Below, piece by piece: positions 10,700-20,391 of a stretch of 64,000 nucleotides of DNA. How positions within the stretch are numbered: the first letter of the stretch is position 1; each line of letters begins with the position of its first letter. Source of the DNA: Gammaproteobacteria bacterium (GTDB lineage: Bacteria; Pseudomonadota; Gammaproteobacteria; VBWC01). The notes below the pieces were generated by a model, which saw nothing but the letters and a program-made list of their open reading frames with translations, ran no database searches and had not been told where the DNA came from. The DNA is taken from NCBI GenBank assembly GCA_023266115.1, contig JAHFRU010000003.1:65978-129977 (forward strand), given 5' to 3'. A program made the translations under genes and the position numbers.

Positions 10700-12346
10700 A
10701 TGACGTTATTCACTGCGATTATCTTCACCACGGGCGCGGTCACGCTGGCACTTGAGTTGCTCGCGTCGCGCATCATGACGCCGTATTTCGGCGTCAGTCT
10801 CTTTATCTGGACGGGAATTCTGTCGATTACGCTGCTGTCGCTGGCGCTCGGCTATTACCTGGGCGGCCGGCTTGCCGTGCGTGCGGCGCAGCGCCCGGAC
10901 TACACGGAGCGGTTACGGTATCTGTTTCTGGGCATGCCGGCGGTGTCCGCCATCAGCATCGGCGCAGCCTGCCTGGTCTATCCGGTGACCTTCCTGCATC
11001 TGGCGAGTTTCAGCCTGGTGTGGGGATCATTTGTTGCGTGCCTGATTCTGTTGTTTGTGCCCTTGGTCACGATATCGGCGATGAATCCCCTGTTGATCGC
11101 GTTGCGCTCGTCCGGGCAGGGCGACCGTGGCGTGGTTGGGGACAGCGGTTCCGGGCTGGTCTTTTTTATCAGCACGGTCGGATCGGTACTGGGCGTCTGG
11201 CTTACGGCGTTTCTGTTTATTCCCAACCTTGCCAACGCGACGTCGGTATTGATGCTCGGCGCTATGTTGTCGAGCATGTCACTGCTGGCCGGTTTGTTCG
11301 CGCCGCAGTTTGGCGGCGGGTTGAAAAAGCGCATGGTGATGATTGCCGTGGTCGGGCTGATGATCTGCGGCGGCATACTCGCGGGCCGGTCGTCGCTGTT
11401 GAAAAACGACCGGGAAATCGTATTCAACAATGCAACCTGGACCGTGGAGAAGGAATATTTGTCGTTATACGGCAATATCAAGGTGCTGGCGCGAACGCGG
11501 TTGATGCCGTCGGGTGCCGGCGCGTCTGGCCCGTATGACCGGCAGATTATTTATTACCAGGACGGCATGGTGCATGGCGTGATCAATCCGCAGGGCGAGT
11601 CACAGGTGGTATACAGCTATGCACTGGAAGGCCTGGCGAAGGCGTTTCTGTCGCCGGGTGATCATGCGCTGGTACTCGGGTTGGCGGGCGGCGTGGTGCC
11701 GATGCGTCTGGCGCGACAGGGCGTAGTCGTGGAGGCGGTTGATATCAATCCGGACTCGGTGCAGGCCGCCGAGGATTTTTTCGGCTACGACGCCGCCATC
11801 GTCAAGACGTACCGGCAGGATGCGCGCAGCTTTATCAATCAATGTACGCAACGCTACGATGCCGTCATCGTCGACCTGTTTACCGGTGATGGTATCCCGG
11901 ATTACCTGCTCACCCGGAATTTCTTCGCTGACATGCGCCAGTGTCTGCGGCACGACGGCGTTATCGTCATCAACGCCTTCACCGTCCCGGAACATTTTAA
12001 GGCGTCGTACCACATGTTCAAAACCTTGCGATCGGTGTTTCGTCACCTGGTGGTGTTTCATGACGACATCCGGGACCGGGATGAGCCGATGCATCTGTTC
12101 ATGGTCGCAACCGACCGCGAAGCCGTCGGGAATATTTCAATTTCGGTCGGCGGTGTCCCGCCGGGGTTGCTGAAGGATCTACAACGTATTTTTGCCGCGC
12201 CCCGGCCGCTAGACCCGGCCATCCTCGCGCAGGCGACGGTGGTGACGGATGAGTTGAATATTTTTCCGATACTTAATCAGGATATCTACATGGCCTACCG
12301 GCGCAAGCTCCTTGAGATCATTCCGCCGGCGTATCTGGTGAACTGA
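10700..12346 (+). CDS. Fused membrane domain / spermidine synthase-like aminopropyltransferase
   Basis: 548 aa; about 230 aa of N-terminal multi-TM region, then a spermidine-synthase-like SAM-dependent fold (VLGLAGGVVP...AVDINPDSV...DAVIVDLFTGDGIP). Confidence 0.8.
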   Translation: MTLFTAIIFTTGAVTLALELLASRIMTPYFGVSLFIWTGILSITLLSLALGYYLGGRLAVRAAQRPDYTERLRYLFLGMPAVSAISIGAACLVYPVTFLHLASFSLVWGSFVACLILLFVPLVTISAMNPLLIALRSSGQGDRGVVGDSGSGLVFFISTVGSVLGVWLTAFLFIPNLANATSVLMLGAMLSSMSLLAGLFAPQFGGGLKKRMVMIAVVGLMICGGILAGRSSLLKNDREIVFNNATWTVEKEYLSLYGNIKVLARTRLMPSGAGASGPYDRQIIYYQDGMVHGVINPQGESQVVYSYALEGLAKAFLSPGDHALVLGLAGGVVPMRLARQGVVVEAVDINPDSVQAAEDFFGYDAAIVKTYRQDARSFINQCTQRYDAVIVDLFTGDGIPDYLLTRNFFADMRQCLRHDGVIVINAFTVPEHFKASYHMFKTLRSVFRHLVVFHDDIRDRDEPMHLFMVATDREAVGNISISVGGVPPGLLKDLQRIFAAPRPLDPAILAQATVVTDELNIFPILNQDIYMAYRRKLLEIIPPAYLVN

Positions 12347-12411
12347 GCAGCACCCGAAACGCGACGGACCGCTCCATGGGCGGCCCGTCGAGTCAACCCC
12401 GCTGGTGAGCG

Positions 12412-12801
12412 CTAGTTGGCGATATTTTTGTTCAGACGGTCGGTCCAGTACTGGGCGTACACCATGTTCTGCGGCAACCCGAACCACCCTTCGGTGTAGG
12501 CGACGGCCAGGAATTGCTGCGCTTCCGGTACGCCGTTCTCCGCGGCGCGCTGGTACCAGGTCAGGGCCTTTTCCTCGTTCGCTTCGACGAACAGGCCGCC
12601 GTGGTACATCAACCCGAGGTTAAACTGCGCGCGAGGATCGCCGCTTTCCGCCAGCGACTGCCAGGTTGTGAATGCGGCGCCGTAGTCTCCCTGGAGTGCC
12701 GAGGCGGTGCCTTCTCCATAGGTAGTGCCGGCGACGGAAACCGACGCGGCGGCGAACAGGGAAGCTGCCAATAAGCACTTAATCGAACTGGTGAATTTCA
12801 T
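12412..12801 (-). CDS. Sel1/TPR-like repeat protein, secreted
   Basis: From MKFTSSIKCLLAASLFAAASVSVA (signal peptide) with Sel1-like repeats (AQFNLGLMYHGG..., AQQFLAVAYTEG); strong RBS GGAGAGGA. Confidence 0.75.
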   Translation of the reverse strand: MKFTSSIKCLLAASLFAAASVSVAGTTYGEGTASALQGDYGAAFTTWQSLAESGDPRAQFNLGLMYHGGLFVEANEEKALTWYQRAAENGVPEAQQFLAVAYTEGWFGLPQNMVYAQYWTDRLNKNIAN

Positions 12802-12899
12802 ACATCCTCTCCGGATTACAAGCCACAAATTCGGTAATGTGGTTATCGGACGGAGATCACGACGAATGTGTGATACCGATCACAAATCGGTAAGTTTTG

Positions 12900-13299
12900 C
12901 TGGCCAATCAAGAAGTCCGGGGGGCTTTCGCCAGCACAGAACCGGCCATCAGGCGGGAGTATCTCCGGACCGTGATCTGACCCGCCAGCCTAGCGATACC
13001 CTGCACGAGAATTGAGAACACTACGGCGGCACCACACAGGAACGTCCGCGGGGTTGACATGCAACGCGCCGGCGAACAGCAAAAAGCTCGGCATGCCCTG
13101 CATCAGCGTTTCGCTGAAATCGATTTCACGCAGCAATTGTCGCGTCTGATCTTCACTCGCAAACCCGAATTGGTCAAGGGCGATCAGGCTGAGCGAGAAG
13201 ACCGGGTGCGATCAGCGTCAGGCCGCTATAGCGGTGATTGACCCAGGTGAACAGCGCCGACAGCGTGATGAGGATGGCAACGATCTCGAACAGATTCAT
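12900..13299 (-). pseudogene. Remnant of a CPA1/NhaP-type Na+/H+ antiporter gene (frameshifted and 3'-truncated)
   Basis: Minus-strand frame 1 gives MNLFEIVAILITLSALFTWVNHRYSGLTL... then a stop. A second frame gives SLSLIALDQFGFASEDQTRQLLREIDFSETLMQGMPSFLLFAGALHVNP. A third frame gives GAAVVFSILVQGIARLAG. Together these align to the N-terminal roughly 130 aa of NhaP-type antiporters; only about 400 bp remain. Confidence 0.6.
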
Positions 13300-13309
13300 T
13301 CGCGGCGGA

Positions 13310-14527
13310 TCACCGCAACGGCTGTTGCGCGAGCCGTGGCAGATCGCCGTGCGTGCCCATGGCGTGCCGCGCGAGGAAATTTTTTACCGGTACGGCCTTG
13401 TCCGTGACCGTCAGGCCGACGTTGCGTAGCCATGCCACCGGCGCCAGCGATGTGCCGAACAACCGCTTGAAGCCATCCATCGTTACCATGGTCAGCAGGT
13501 TGTCGCCCTTGCGCCAGCGCTCGTAACGGCGCAGCACATGTATCGCGCCGAGCTCCTTGCCGGCCCGGTGCGCGTCGCACAACACCTCGGCCAGTGCTGC
13601 GGCGTCGAGCAAACCAAGATTGACGCCCTGACCCGCCAGCGGATGGATGGTGTGCGCCGCATCACCGACCAATGCGATACGCGGACGGACGTATTGCGTG
13701 GCGGTCTGCAGATGCAGGCCGAACGCGGCACGCGGCCCGACGCCGCTCACCACCCCGAGGCGCCGGTCGAAGGCACGGGTCAGGGCGTCGCGAAAATCGG
13801 CGTCATTCAGCGCGACAAGCTGGTCGGCATGGTCAGGCGATGTCGACCAGACGATGGAGCTCGCGCCGTTGGCGAGCGGGAGAAACGCCAGCGGCCCGGT
13901 TGGCAGAAACCGCTGCCAGGCTGTTTCGCGATGCGGCAGCCCGGTCGTTACTGTGGCGACCATGGCCTTCTGCCGGTATTCCCAGCCGCGTGTGCTGATG
14001 CCGGCCAGCTCGCGCACGCCCGATCGCGCGCCGTCGGCGCCGACGACCAGGCGCGTCTCGATACGACGGTTGTCATCGAGCGTGAGGACGGCGTGCGACT
14101 CGCTGACGGTGAGTGCGGTCAGCCTCGCCGGGTGGATCATGTCGATGTTATCGAACGCGCCGATGCGTTGCGTCAGTGCGCGCACGATCACACGGTTTTC
14201 GATGATATGGCCAAGCAACGGTTCGCCGATATCGGCACTGTTGAAATGAATCTCGCCGCTGCCGCCGGCATCCCAGACATGCATGTCTCGAAACGGGCTA
14301 ATACGCTCATCGGCCATGGCCTGCCATGCGCCCAGCGACTCGAAGATATTCTGCGACGCGCTTGTAATCGCCGACACGCGCAGATCGAATGCGTCGCCTT
14401 GCCAGGCGGGCGGCGGATTGGCGTCCACCAGCGCTACGCGCAAGCCGCTGCCGCCCAGTGCGCAACCGAGTGTCGCGCCGACCATGCTGCTGCCGATGAT
14501 AACGACGTCGTAGCGTGCCTGAGTCAT
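13310..14527 (-). CDS. ubiI: FAD-dependent ubiquinone biosynthesis hydroxylase (UbiH/UbiF/VisC family; UbiI-like by position)
   Basis: 405 aa; MTQARYDVVIIGSSMVGATLGCAL... Rossmann fold and GDAAHTIHPLAGQGVNLGLLDA motif; lies downstream of ubiH as in the E. coli pepP-ubiH-visC operon. Confidence 0.8.
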   Translation of the reverse strand: MTQARYDVVIIGSSMVGATLGCALGGSGLRVALVDANPPPAWQGDAFDLRVSAITSASQNIFESLGAWQAMADERISPFRDMHVWDAGGSGEIHFNSADIGEPLLGHIIENRVIVRALTQRIGAFDNIDMIHPARLTALTVSESHAVLTLDDNRRIETRLVVGADGARSGVRELAGISTRGWEYRQKAMVATVTTGLPHRETAWQRFLPTGPLAFLPLANGASSIVWSTSPDHADQLVALNDADFRDALTRAFDRRLGVVSGVGPRAAFGLHLQTATQYVRPRIALVGDAAHTIHPLAGQGVNLGLLDAAALAEVLCDAHRAGKELGAIHVLRRYERWRKGDNLLTMVTMDGFKRLFGTSLAPVAWLRNVGLTVTDKAVPVKNFLARHAMGTHGDLPRLAQQPLR

Positions 14528-15753
14528 AGCCGCAGGCCTCTGGCGAGCCGGGTCTGGCGGCCGGACAGTCCCATGGTATGGCGCGTCAGCAGATGTTTCG
14601 CGGCCGGCAATATGTCAACGGCGAGCAACCCGAGGTTACGTGCCCAGGCGATTGGCGGTAATGGATTGGAGAAAATGCGTACCAGGCTGTCGGTGAACGC
14701 GATGACCCGCTGATGATCGCCGCGCCGCCACTGCGCATAGCGTTGCAGCACCGCCTGAGCGCCCGGGTCACCGCCACTGGCTGTCGTCTGCGCGACAATT
14801 TCGGCGAGCACCGCGACATCGCGCAGACCGAGATTGAACCCCTGGCCCGCCACGGGGTGCAGTGTATGTGCCGCGTTACCGATCAAGGCAACGCGCGATC
14901 TGACGTGCGCGGCGACACGATTCAGCGACAGCGGATAGGCGTGACGGGTGCCGATGCGTTCGAACCGGCCGAGCCGGTAACCAAAGCGCTGTTGCAATGC
15001 ATCCAGGAACTCTACGTCGCCGAGGCCCATCAGCGTGTCGACGTCTTCATTGCGCGCCGTCCAGACCAGCGAGCAGCGGTTGTCCGTCATCGGCAGTAGT
15101 GCGAGCGGGCCGCTATCGGTGAAGCGTTCATAGGCGGTGCCAAGGTGCGGCCGACCGGGGGTGACGTTGCTGATAATCGCTGTCTGACCATAATCCCAGC
15201 GACGTGCGGGTATGTCGAGTAAGCGGCGCACTGCCGAGTTGGCGCCGTCGGCGCCGACCAGCAACAACGTGGTGACGGTGCGTTCGGCGCCATTGTCGTT
15301 GATAGTCACAGTGGCGGCCTCACGGTCAACCTGCAACCCGGCCAGTGTCGCCGGGCTGAGCAGGTCGATGTCCGGCCGGGCGGCGAGCATAGCGCCGAAC
15401 AACGCTCCCAGTATGCGGTTTTCGATCACGTAGCCCAATGCATCGACCCGTTCACGTGCCGCGTCGAGACGCGTGATGCCAAAGCGGCCGCGGTCGGAGA
15501 TATGGATGTTGCGTATCGGTGTCGCGTGGTCCGCAAGCGGCTGCCATAGCCCCATGGTTTCGAAGATACGCCGCGTGCCATAGGCAAGGGCGATCGAGCG
15601 GTCATCGTAGCCGGGTTGGGAGGCGGCGCCGAACGGTACCGCCTCGATAACGCCGATCCGTAACTGCCGGTCGCGCAGCGCGCACGCGAGACTGGCACCG
15701 ACCATGCCGCCGCCGACCACCAGGATGTCGTAGTCCGTCTTGCGCGGCGTCAT
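14524..15753 (-). CDS. ubiH: 2-octaprenyl-6-methoxyphenol hydroxylase
   Basis: 409 aa; DYDILVVGGGMVGASLACAL...GNAAHTLHPVAGQGFNLGLRD; operon position. Confidence 0.85.
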   Translation of the reverse strand: MTPRKTDYDILVVGGGMVGASLACALRDRQLRIGVIEAVPFGAASQPGYDDRSIALAYGTRRIFETMGLWQPLADHATPIRNIHISDRGRFGITRLDAARERVDALGYVIENRILGALFGAMLAARPDIDLLSPATLAGLQVDREAATVTINDNGAERTVTTLLLVGADGANSAVRRLLDIPARRWDYGQTAIISNVTPGRPHLGTAYERFTDSGPLALLPMTDNRCSLVWTARNEDVDTLMGLGDVEFLDALQQRFGYRLGRFERIGTRHAYPLSLNRVAAHVRSRVALIGNAAHTLHPVAGQGFNLGLRDVAVLAEIVAQTTASGGDPGAQAVLQRYAQWRRGDHQRVIAFTDSLVRIFSNPLPPIAWARNLGLLAVDILPAAKHLLTRHTMGLSGRQTRLARGLRL

Positions 15754-17169
15754 TCAGCGGCCGCCGGCGGCCATCAGCGCCTCGATATCATCGACTGTTT
15801 TCGGCGCCGCCTCGGTCAGTACCCGGTTGCCGGCACCGGTGACCAGTACGTCGTCCTCGATCCTGATGCCGATCTTCCACCACTTCTTCGCGACGCCGCG
15901 CGTGCCGGACGGTATATACAATCCGGGTTCCACCGTCAGCACCATGCCGGGTTTGAGCTGGCGCCATTTGTTTTCGGTCTTGTAATCGCCGACATCATGC
16001 ACATCCAGCCCCAGCCAGTGGCCGGTGCGATGCATATAGAATTTGCGGTAGGCGTCCTGCCTGATCAGCGTCGTCACGTCGCCTTTCAGCAGGCCGAGCT
16101 CAACCAGTCCCCGGGTCAGCGTGCGTACCGCTGCGTCGTGCGGGGCGTTCCACGGGCTGCCGGGCCGAACCTGCCGAATGGCGGCATGCTGCGCCGCAAG
16201 CACGATTTCATAGATCGCGCGCTGCTCCTTGCTGAAACGACCGCTCACCGGAAAGGTTCGGGTAACGTCGGCCGCATAACCTTCGTGCTCGGCACCCGCG
16301 TCGATCAGTAGCAGATCCCCGTCGCGCAGCTCGGCGTCGTTCGCGGTGTAGTGCAGTACGCAGCTGTTGTTGCCGCTGGCGACAATCGGCGGGTACGCCG
16401 TCTCGCGGCAGCCACCGTACATGAATTCGTGGCGCAGCTCCGCCTCGATCTGGAATTCGGTCATGCCGGGCCGGCACAGCCGCATCGCGCGCCGGTGCGC
16501 CGCCGCCGTCACACGTGCGGCATGACACATCACGCCGATCTCGGCGCGATTCTTGATCAGGCGCATTTCATTCAGCACATGATCGAGCGCGACGAAATCG
16601 ACCGGCGTATGAGCGCCGGTGCGATAGCGCTTGCGCACCTCGTTCAACCAGTCCGTCAACCGGGTGTCGAGATCGCTCTGGTAGCCCATCGCATGGAACA
16701 CCCGCTTCGCCTTTTCCAGCAGGCCAGGCATGATCTTGTCCACCTGATCGATGGCGAAGGCCTCGTCGGCGCCGTAGATCTGGCATGCGCCGTCCTGGCC
16801 GGCGTAGCGTCCGCACCAGCGCTCCACCTCCGGGTTATGTTTGCGGCAGAACAGAATATATTCGCCTTCGGGGCGACCGGCGACGAGCACAGCGATCGCG
16901 TGCGGCTCGGGAAAGCCGGTCAGGTAAAGAAAACTGCTGTCCTGGCGATACGGGTGTTCAACCTCGCGATTGCGCATCTTCACCGGGGCGGCCGCGATGA
17001 TCGCGACGCCACCCTTGCCCATTTTTTTCAGCAATTTCTGCCGGCGACGGGAGAATTCCTCCACGCCGATGGATGCGCTATCGCCGTGTGAACTTATACC
17101 CGGCGAGGCCGAGTGATCTACCGTCACCGCGTCGGGCCGGCGCTTTCTGTCAGTGGATGACCGGTTCAT
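15754..17169 (-). CDS. pepP: Xaa-Pro aminopeptidase
   Basis: Aligns along its full length to E. coli PepP (EFSRRRQKLL..., HWLGLDVHDVG, GIRIEDD). The N-terminus may be shorter, since the ATG at 17169 overlaps the ygfB end by 20 nt. Confidence 0.9.
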   Translation of the reverse strand: MNRSSTDRKRRPDAVTVDHSASPGISSHGDSASIGVEEFSRRRQKLLKKMGKGGVAIIAAAPVKMRNREVEHPYRQDSSFLYLTGFPEPHAIAVLVAGRPEGEYILFCRKHNPEVERWCGRYAGQDGACQIYGADEAFAIDQVDKIMPGLLEKAKRVFHAMGYQSDLDTRLTDWLNEVRKRYRTGAHTPVDFVALDHVLNEMRLIKNRAEIGVMCHAARVTAAAHRRAMRLCRPGMTEFQIEAELRHEFMYGGCRETAYPPIVASGNNSCVLHYTANDAELRDGDLLLIDAGAEHEGYAADVTRTFPVSGRFSKEQRAIYEIVLAAQHAAIRQVRPGSPWNAPHDAAVRTLTRGLVELGLLKGDVTTLIRQDAYRKFYMHRTGHWLGLDVHDVGDYKTENKWRQLKPGMVLTVEPGLYIPSGTRGVAKKWWKIGIRIEDDVLVTGAGNRVLTEAAPKTVDDIEALMAAGGR

Positions 17170-17761
17170 CGGGTGTCTGGTCGCTGTTCAGATGTTGTAA
17201 CTCCGCATGCAGCAGCAGCACGCCGATGCGCAGGTATTCGACGATTTCCACGTAGGCGTTTTCCTCTTCCTCATCCTCGACTACGGCCGCCGGATCGGTG
17301 CGGGTGAGATCGATCAGGTCCTGCATGAATTCGTTGATTTCGTCCGGCAGACGGTCGAAGTCCTCGAAGCCCGCAGTGCCCAGCCCGTAGAGGAATCCCT
17401 TGCACCAGTTCATCAGCGCTTCCATGCGGATATTCAGGGGCAGTTCGTCAGCGGGCAGTAACAGCCGGAAGCTTAGTTCCGGATCACGCAGCTGGCGCAA
17501 GGTCTCCTGGCGCAGCACATCCAGCAGCGGGTCGTGCCCGGGCGCTACGGTGGGTTCCGGGTCAGGCGGCATGTCTGTGGCGATGATACCGGAAATGTGC
17601 GGTGCCAACGCCGCCTCGTACTCGGCGCTGTTATCGACGCACAGCAGGCCGCAGAGCGTACCATGATGTTCGGCGGCATCTTCGTCGCTGCCGATTTGCT
17701 GAAGAGCCACTGATATTTCTGCATGATTCGCCATCGCAAACTTGGTCATGATGTTATACAA
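17150..17761 (-). CDS. ygfB: YgfB/UPF0149 family protein
   Basis: Acidic about 200 aa protein, ...AAEHHGTLCGLLCVD..., with a C-terminal DEPVIH tail like E. coli YgfB. The track start is TTG; an in-frame ATG lies 12 nt downstream. Confidence 0.8.
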   Translation of the reverse strand: MYNIMTKFAMANHAEISVALQQIGSDEDAAEHHGTLCGLLCVDNSAEYEAALAPHISGIIATDMPPDPEPTVAPGHDPLLDVLRQETLRQLRDPELSFRLLLPADELPLNIRMEALMNWCKGFLYGLGTAGFEDFDRLPDEINEFMQDLIDLTRTDPAAVVEDEEEENAYVEIVEYLRIGVLLLHAELQHLNSDQTPDEPVIH

Positions 17762-18016
17762 GGTTGGCGGAGAAAGTGATGGAGGGCGCCCGCTTCTTAT
17801 TTGAAATCAGTAAATTAAGATCGGCATAACATCGCTTTGCAGGCTGGCCCCGATGCGCCTGTGCCGACCATCCTACCACTTGTCGCCGCCGATACTCAAA
17901 GTATCGGCTGACGCGCAGCCGTTGACCAGTATTTGAGCGCCATCTATATTGAACGGATGAAACCAGTAAAAACCAGAGCCCGCGCGCCGAAGCACGCGTC
18001 ATCCGCAGAACAGGAA

Positions 18017-18208
18017 ATGACCAGGCTTGAGTACTGGGTCGATGAATTGCTCAAGACCTGCGAACGCCTTGGCAAGGAAAATCGTCTTTTGCGTGCACAG
18101 GAATCGGAGTTGTTATCCGACCGTGAACGCTTGACTGAAAGGAACGAGCGGGCACGTGATCGCGTTGAAGCGATGATCATGCGGCTTAAAGCATTGGAAA
18201 AGAATTGA
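18017..18208 (+). CDS. TIGR02449-like coiled-coil protein (ZapB-like) upstream of zapA
   Basis: 63 aa coiled coil, MTRLEYWVDELLKTCERLGKENRLLRAQESELL...; RBS AGGAA; a longer TTG-initiated ORF from 17933 is possible. Confidence 0.6.
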   Translation: MTRLEYWVDELLKTCERLGKENRLLRAQESELLSDRERLTERNERARDRVEAMIMRLKALEKN

Positions 18209-18516
18209 TGAGCAGCAAGCTGGTGCCGGTGTCGGTACAAATACTCGACAAGGAATACAGGGTCGCGTGTCCCGAAGAGGAGCGCGACGAATTGCTGGCG
18301 TCCGGACGACATCTAAACCAGAAGATGAAGGAAGTCCGTGATGCCGGCCGGGTTGTCGGGGTCGACCGGATTGCGGTGATGGTCGCACTCAATATGGCAC
18401 ATGATGTGCTGTACCGTGCGACAGATGACGACGCCGATGTGCCGAACAGAAGGGTACAGTTATTGCAGCAGAAAATTGAAAAGGTGCTGCACAAGCTCAA
18501 TCAAATCGAGCTATGA
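18205..18516 (+). CDS. zapA: Cell division protein ZapA
   Basis: 103 aa; VQILDKEYRVACPEEERDELLASGRHLNQKMKEVRD... matches ZapA. Confidence 0.9.
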   Translation: MMSSKLVPVSVQILDKEYRVACPEEERDELLASGRHLNQKMKEVRDAGRVVGVDRIAVMVALNMAHDVLYRATDDDADVPNRRVQLLQQKIEKVLHKLNQIEL

Positions 18517-18548
18517 ATGCCGGCGGTTGCCGATATAGAATGGGACAC

Positions 18549-18742
18549 AGGCGTCCCCTGCGACGTTCGAAAGCAGACTGGGTATTATCTTGAGCCTAAC
18601 TGCGTACCCTGGGAACGAAATGTCGATGTTGTTGTGCATGTCCGCCTTCGGTGGAAAGCCTGATACATCGCAATGAGTGCCCACTTGAACCCTTGGTTCA
18701 AGAGCGAAGGTCTGCAGCGGCGTAGGCGGGGGGCGCCTCTTT
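18549..18742 (+). ncRNA. ssrS: 6S RNA (SsrS)
   Basis: Conserved zapA-ssrS-ygfA position. The 3' arm CACUUGAACCCUUGGUUCAAG...GCAGCGGCGUAGGCGGGGGGCGCCU resembles the E. coli 6S 3' region, and the 5' end AGGCGUCCCCUGCGACG can pair with it to close the stem. Confidence 0.8.
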
Positions 18743-18813
18743 ATATCTGCGTAATCCCGATGCCGTTATCCACACGCCATTCGTTGAAACCCCGACGGTA
18801 GCAATCGCCACCC

Positions 18814-19431
18814 GTGTCGTCCAAGGCCGATCTCCGCAAACAGATGCGCCGCCAGCGGCGTGGTCTGTCGGCTCAGCAGCGCCGGGCGTCCGCCGAACAG
18901 ATGGCATATCACGTGGCGGGAAGCGCGCTGTTCCGTCGCAGTCGGCATATCGCCGGTTACGTCGCCAACGATGGTGAACTCGATCCGATGCCCCTCGTCG
19001 AGATCGCCTGGGCCATGCAAAAGATCTGCTATCTGCCGGTGCTGGACGCGTTGCACCCCAGCCGCCTGTGGTTTACCCCCTATTTCCCCGACAGCGAACT
19101 GGTGCCAAACCGGTTCGGTATACCCGAGCCGAAAATGTTGCGACGCCGGCGGGTACCGCCATGGCGACTGGATCTGATGTTAGTGCCGCTGGTAGGTTTT
19201 GACAGTGATGGTAACCGGCTCGGCATGGGCGGCGGTTTCTATGATCAAACACTGGCGTTTCTGCAGCGCCGCAGCTGTTGGAAGAAGCCCCGGCTGCTGG
19301 GTGTCGCCTACGATTTCCAGCAGGTGAACCGCCTGCCGGTGGAACCGTGGGATATCCCGCTCGATGGCATTGCGACCGCGTCATGCATTCACGTCATCGA
19401 TCGCGGTCGAACGGGGTACTCGGGAGTCTGA
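18814..19431 (+). CDS. ygfA: 5-formyltetrahydrofolate cyclo-ligase
   Basis: 205 aa; ...LGMGGGFYDQTL...EPWDIPLDGI matches 5-FCL. GTG start; alternative ATG at 18844. Confidence 0.85.
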   Translation: MSSKADLRKQMRRQRRGLSAQQRRASAEQMAYHVAGSALFRRSRHIAGYVANDGELDPMPLVEIAWAMQKICYLPVLDALHPSRLWFTPYFPDSELVPNRFGIPEPKMLRRRRVPPWRLDLMLVPLVGFDSDGNRLGMGGGFYDQTLAFLQRRSCWKKPRLLGVAYDFQQVNRLPVEPWDIPLDGIATASCIHVIDRGRTGYSGV

Positions 19432-19434
19432 TGG

Positions 19435-19893
19435 ATGCGCTATTGGCTGCTGAAATCCGAACCCGCGACATTCAGTATCGACGATCTCAAAGGCCGTTCG
19501 GATCGCACCGAACACTGGGACGGTGTGCGGAATTACCAGGCGAGAAACATGCTGCGCGACGGTCTGAAGAAAGGCGATCTTGCGTTCTTTTATCACTCGA
19601 ATTGTGATCAGCCCGGGATCGCCGGTGTCGTTGAAGTTGTCAGAGAAGGTTATCCCGACTTTACAGCGTTTGACCCGGACTACGACCACTTTGATCCCAA
19701 AAGCACACCTGATACGCCGCGTTGGTACATGGTGGATGTCCGGTTCAAGCGCACTTTGAAGCGCGTGATCACCCTGGCGGAACTCAAGCAACATCCGCTG
19801 TTGCACGAGATGCCGTTGCTTGCACGTGGTAATCGTCTGTCTGTAATGCCGGTTACCAAGGTGCAATGGAATTACATTCTGTCGCTCGTCTAG
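19435..19893 (+). CDS. EVE (PUA-like) domain protein
   Basis: 152 aa; MRYWLLKSEPATFSIDDLK...WDGVRNYQARNMLRD...GDLAFFYHSN... is the canonical EVE domain. Confidence 0.8.
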   Translation: MRYWLLKSEPATFSIDDLKGRSDRTEHWDGVRNYQARNMLRDGLKKGDLAFFYHSNCDQPGIAGVVEVVREGYPDFTAFDPDYDHFDPKSTPDTPRWYMVDVRFKRTLKRVITLAELKQHPLLHEMPLLARGNRLSVMPVTKVQWNYILSLV

Positions 19894-20391
19894 CGCTGAT
19901 CGAAGGTTGTTTCGTATCGCAACCGGTGATTGGTTTTTACGTTCGAGCCGCGGTTAACACAGTCGACGTGTTGACCGATTAATTGCGCAGGTCACCCGAA
20001 AATCGTAGCTACACGCATGTTTTTTGCCAAATTTCGTAAAAAAATCGATCATTCACCAAGTTTTTGTTGTGCCCATACAACATTTTTCTGTTTTTCTGAT
20101 TGGCGCAGTTCATGTCACATGATCATCGCGTGAAAGATTTTTTTGTGATTACGTTGTCATGCGCAAACGTTCGTGCAATCAAAAACTGGTTTGCCGAATA
20201 CGTTGTCTTGCATGCAGATGCGCAATCGCGAATTAAAAAAAATCCTAAACTCTTTTGTGATGTCGACGATATAGCGAACTAGACAATAAAAATGGAGTGA
20301 TGTTAAAAAGTAGATTGCTGGAAAAAAATACTAGCAATATATAAAAAGACGTTTATACTAATTTCCGGACCAACACCGTGGAGGAAAGAAG

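Noticed and set aside
13059-13241. 60-aa plus-strand ORF
   Set aside because: Lies opposite the antiporter pseudogene remnant; the minus strand carries the recognisable homology.
13538-14713. 391-aa plus-strand ORF spanning ubiI/ubiH
   Set aside because: Antisense to two FAD-hydroxylase genes; crosses their junction.
20100-20282. 60-aa ORF in the AT-rich spacer
   Set aside because: No RBS, low-complexity, lies in a probable promoter region.
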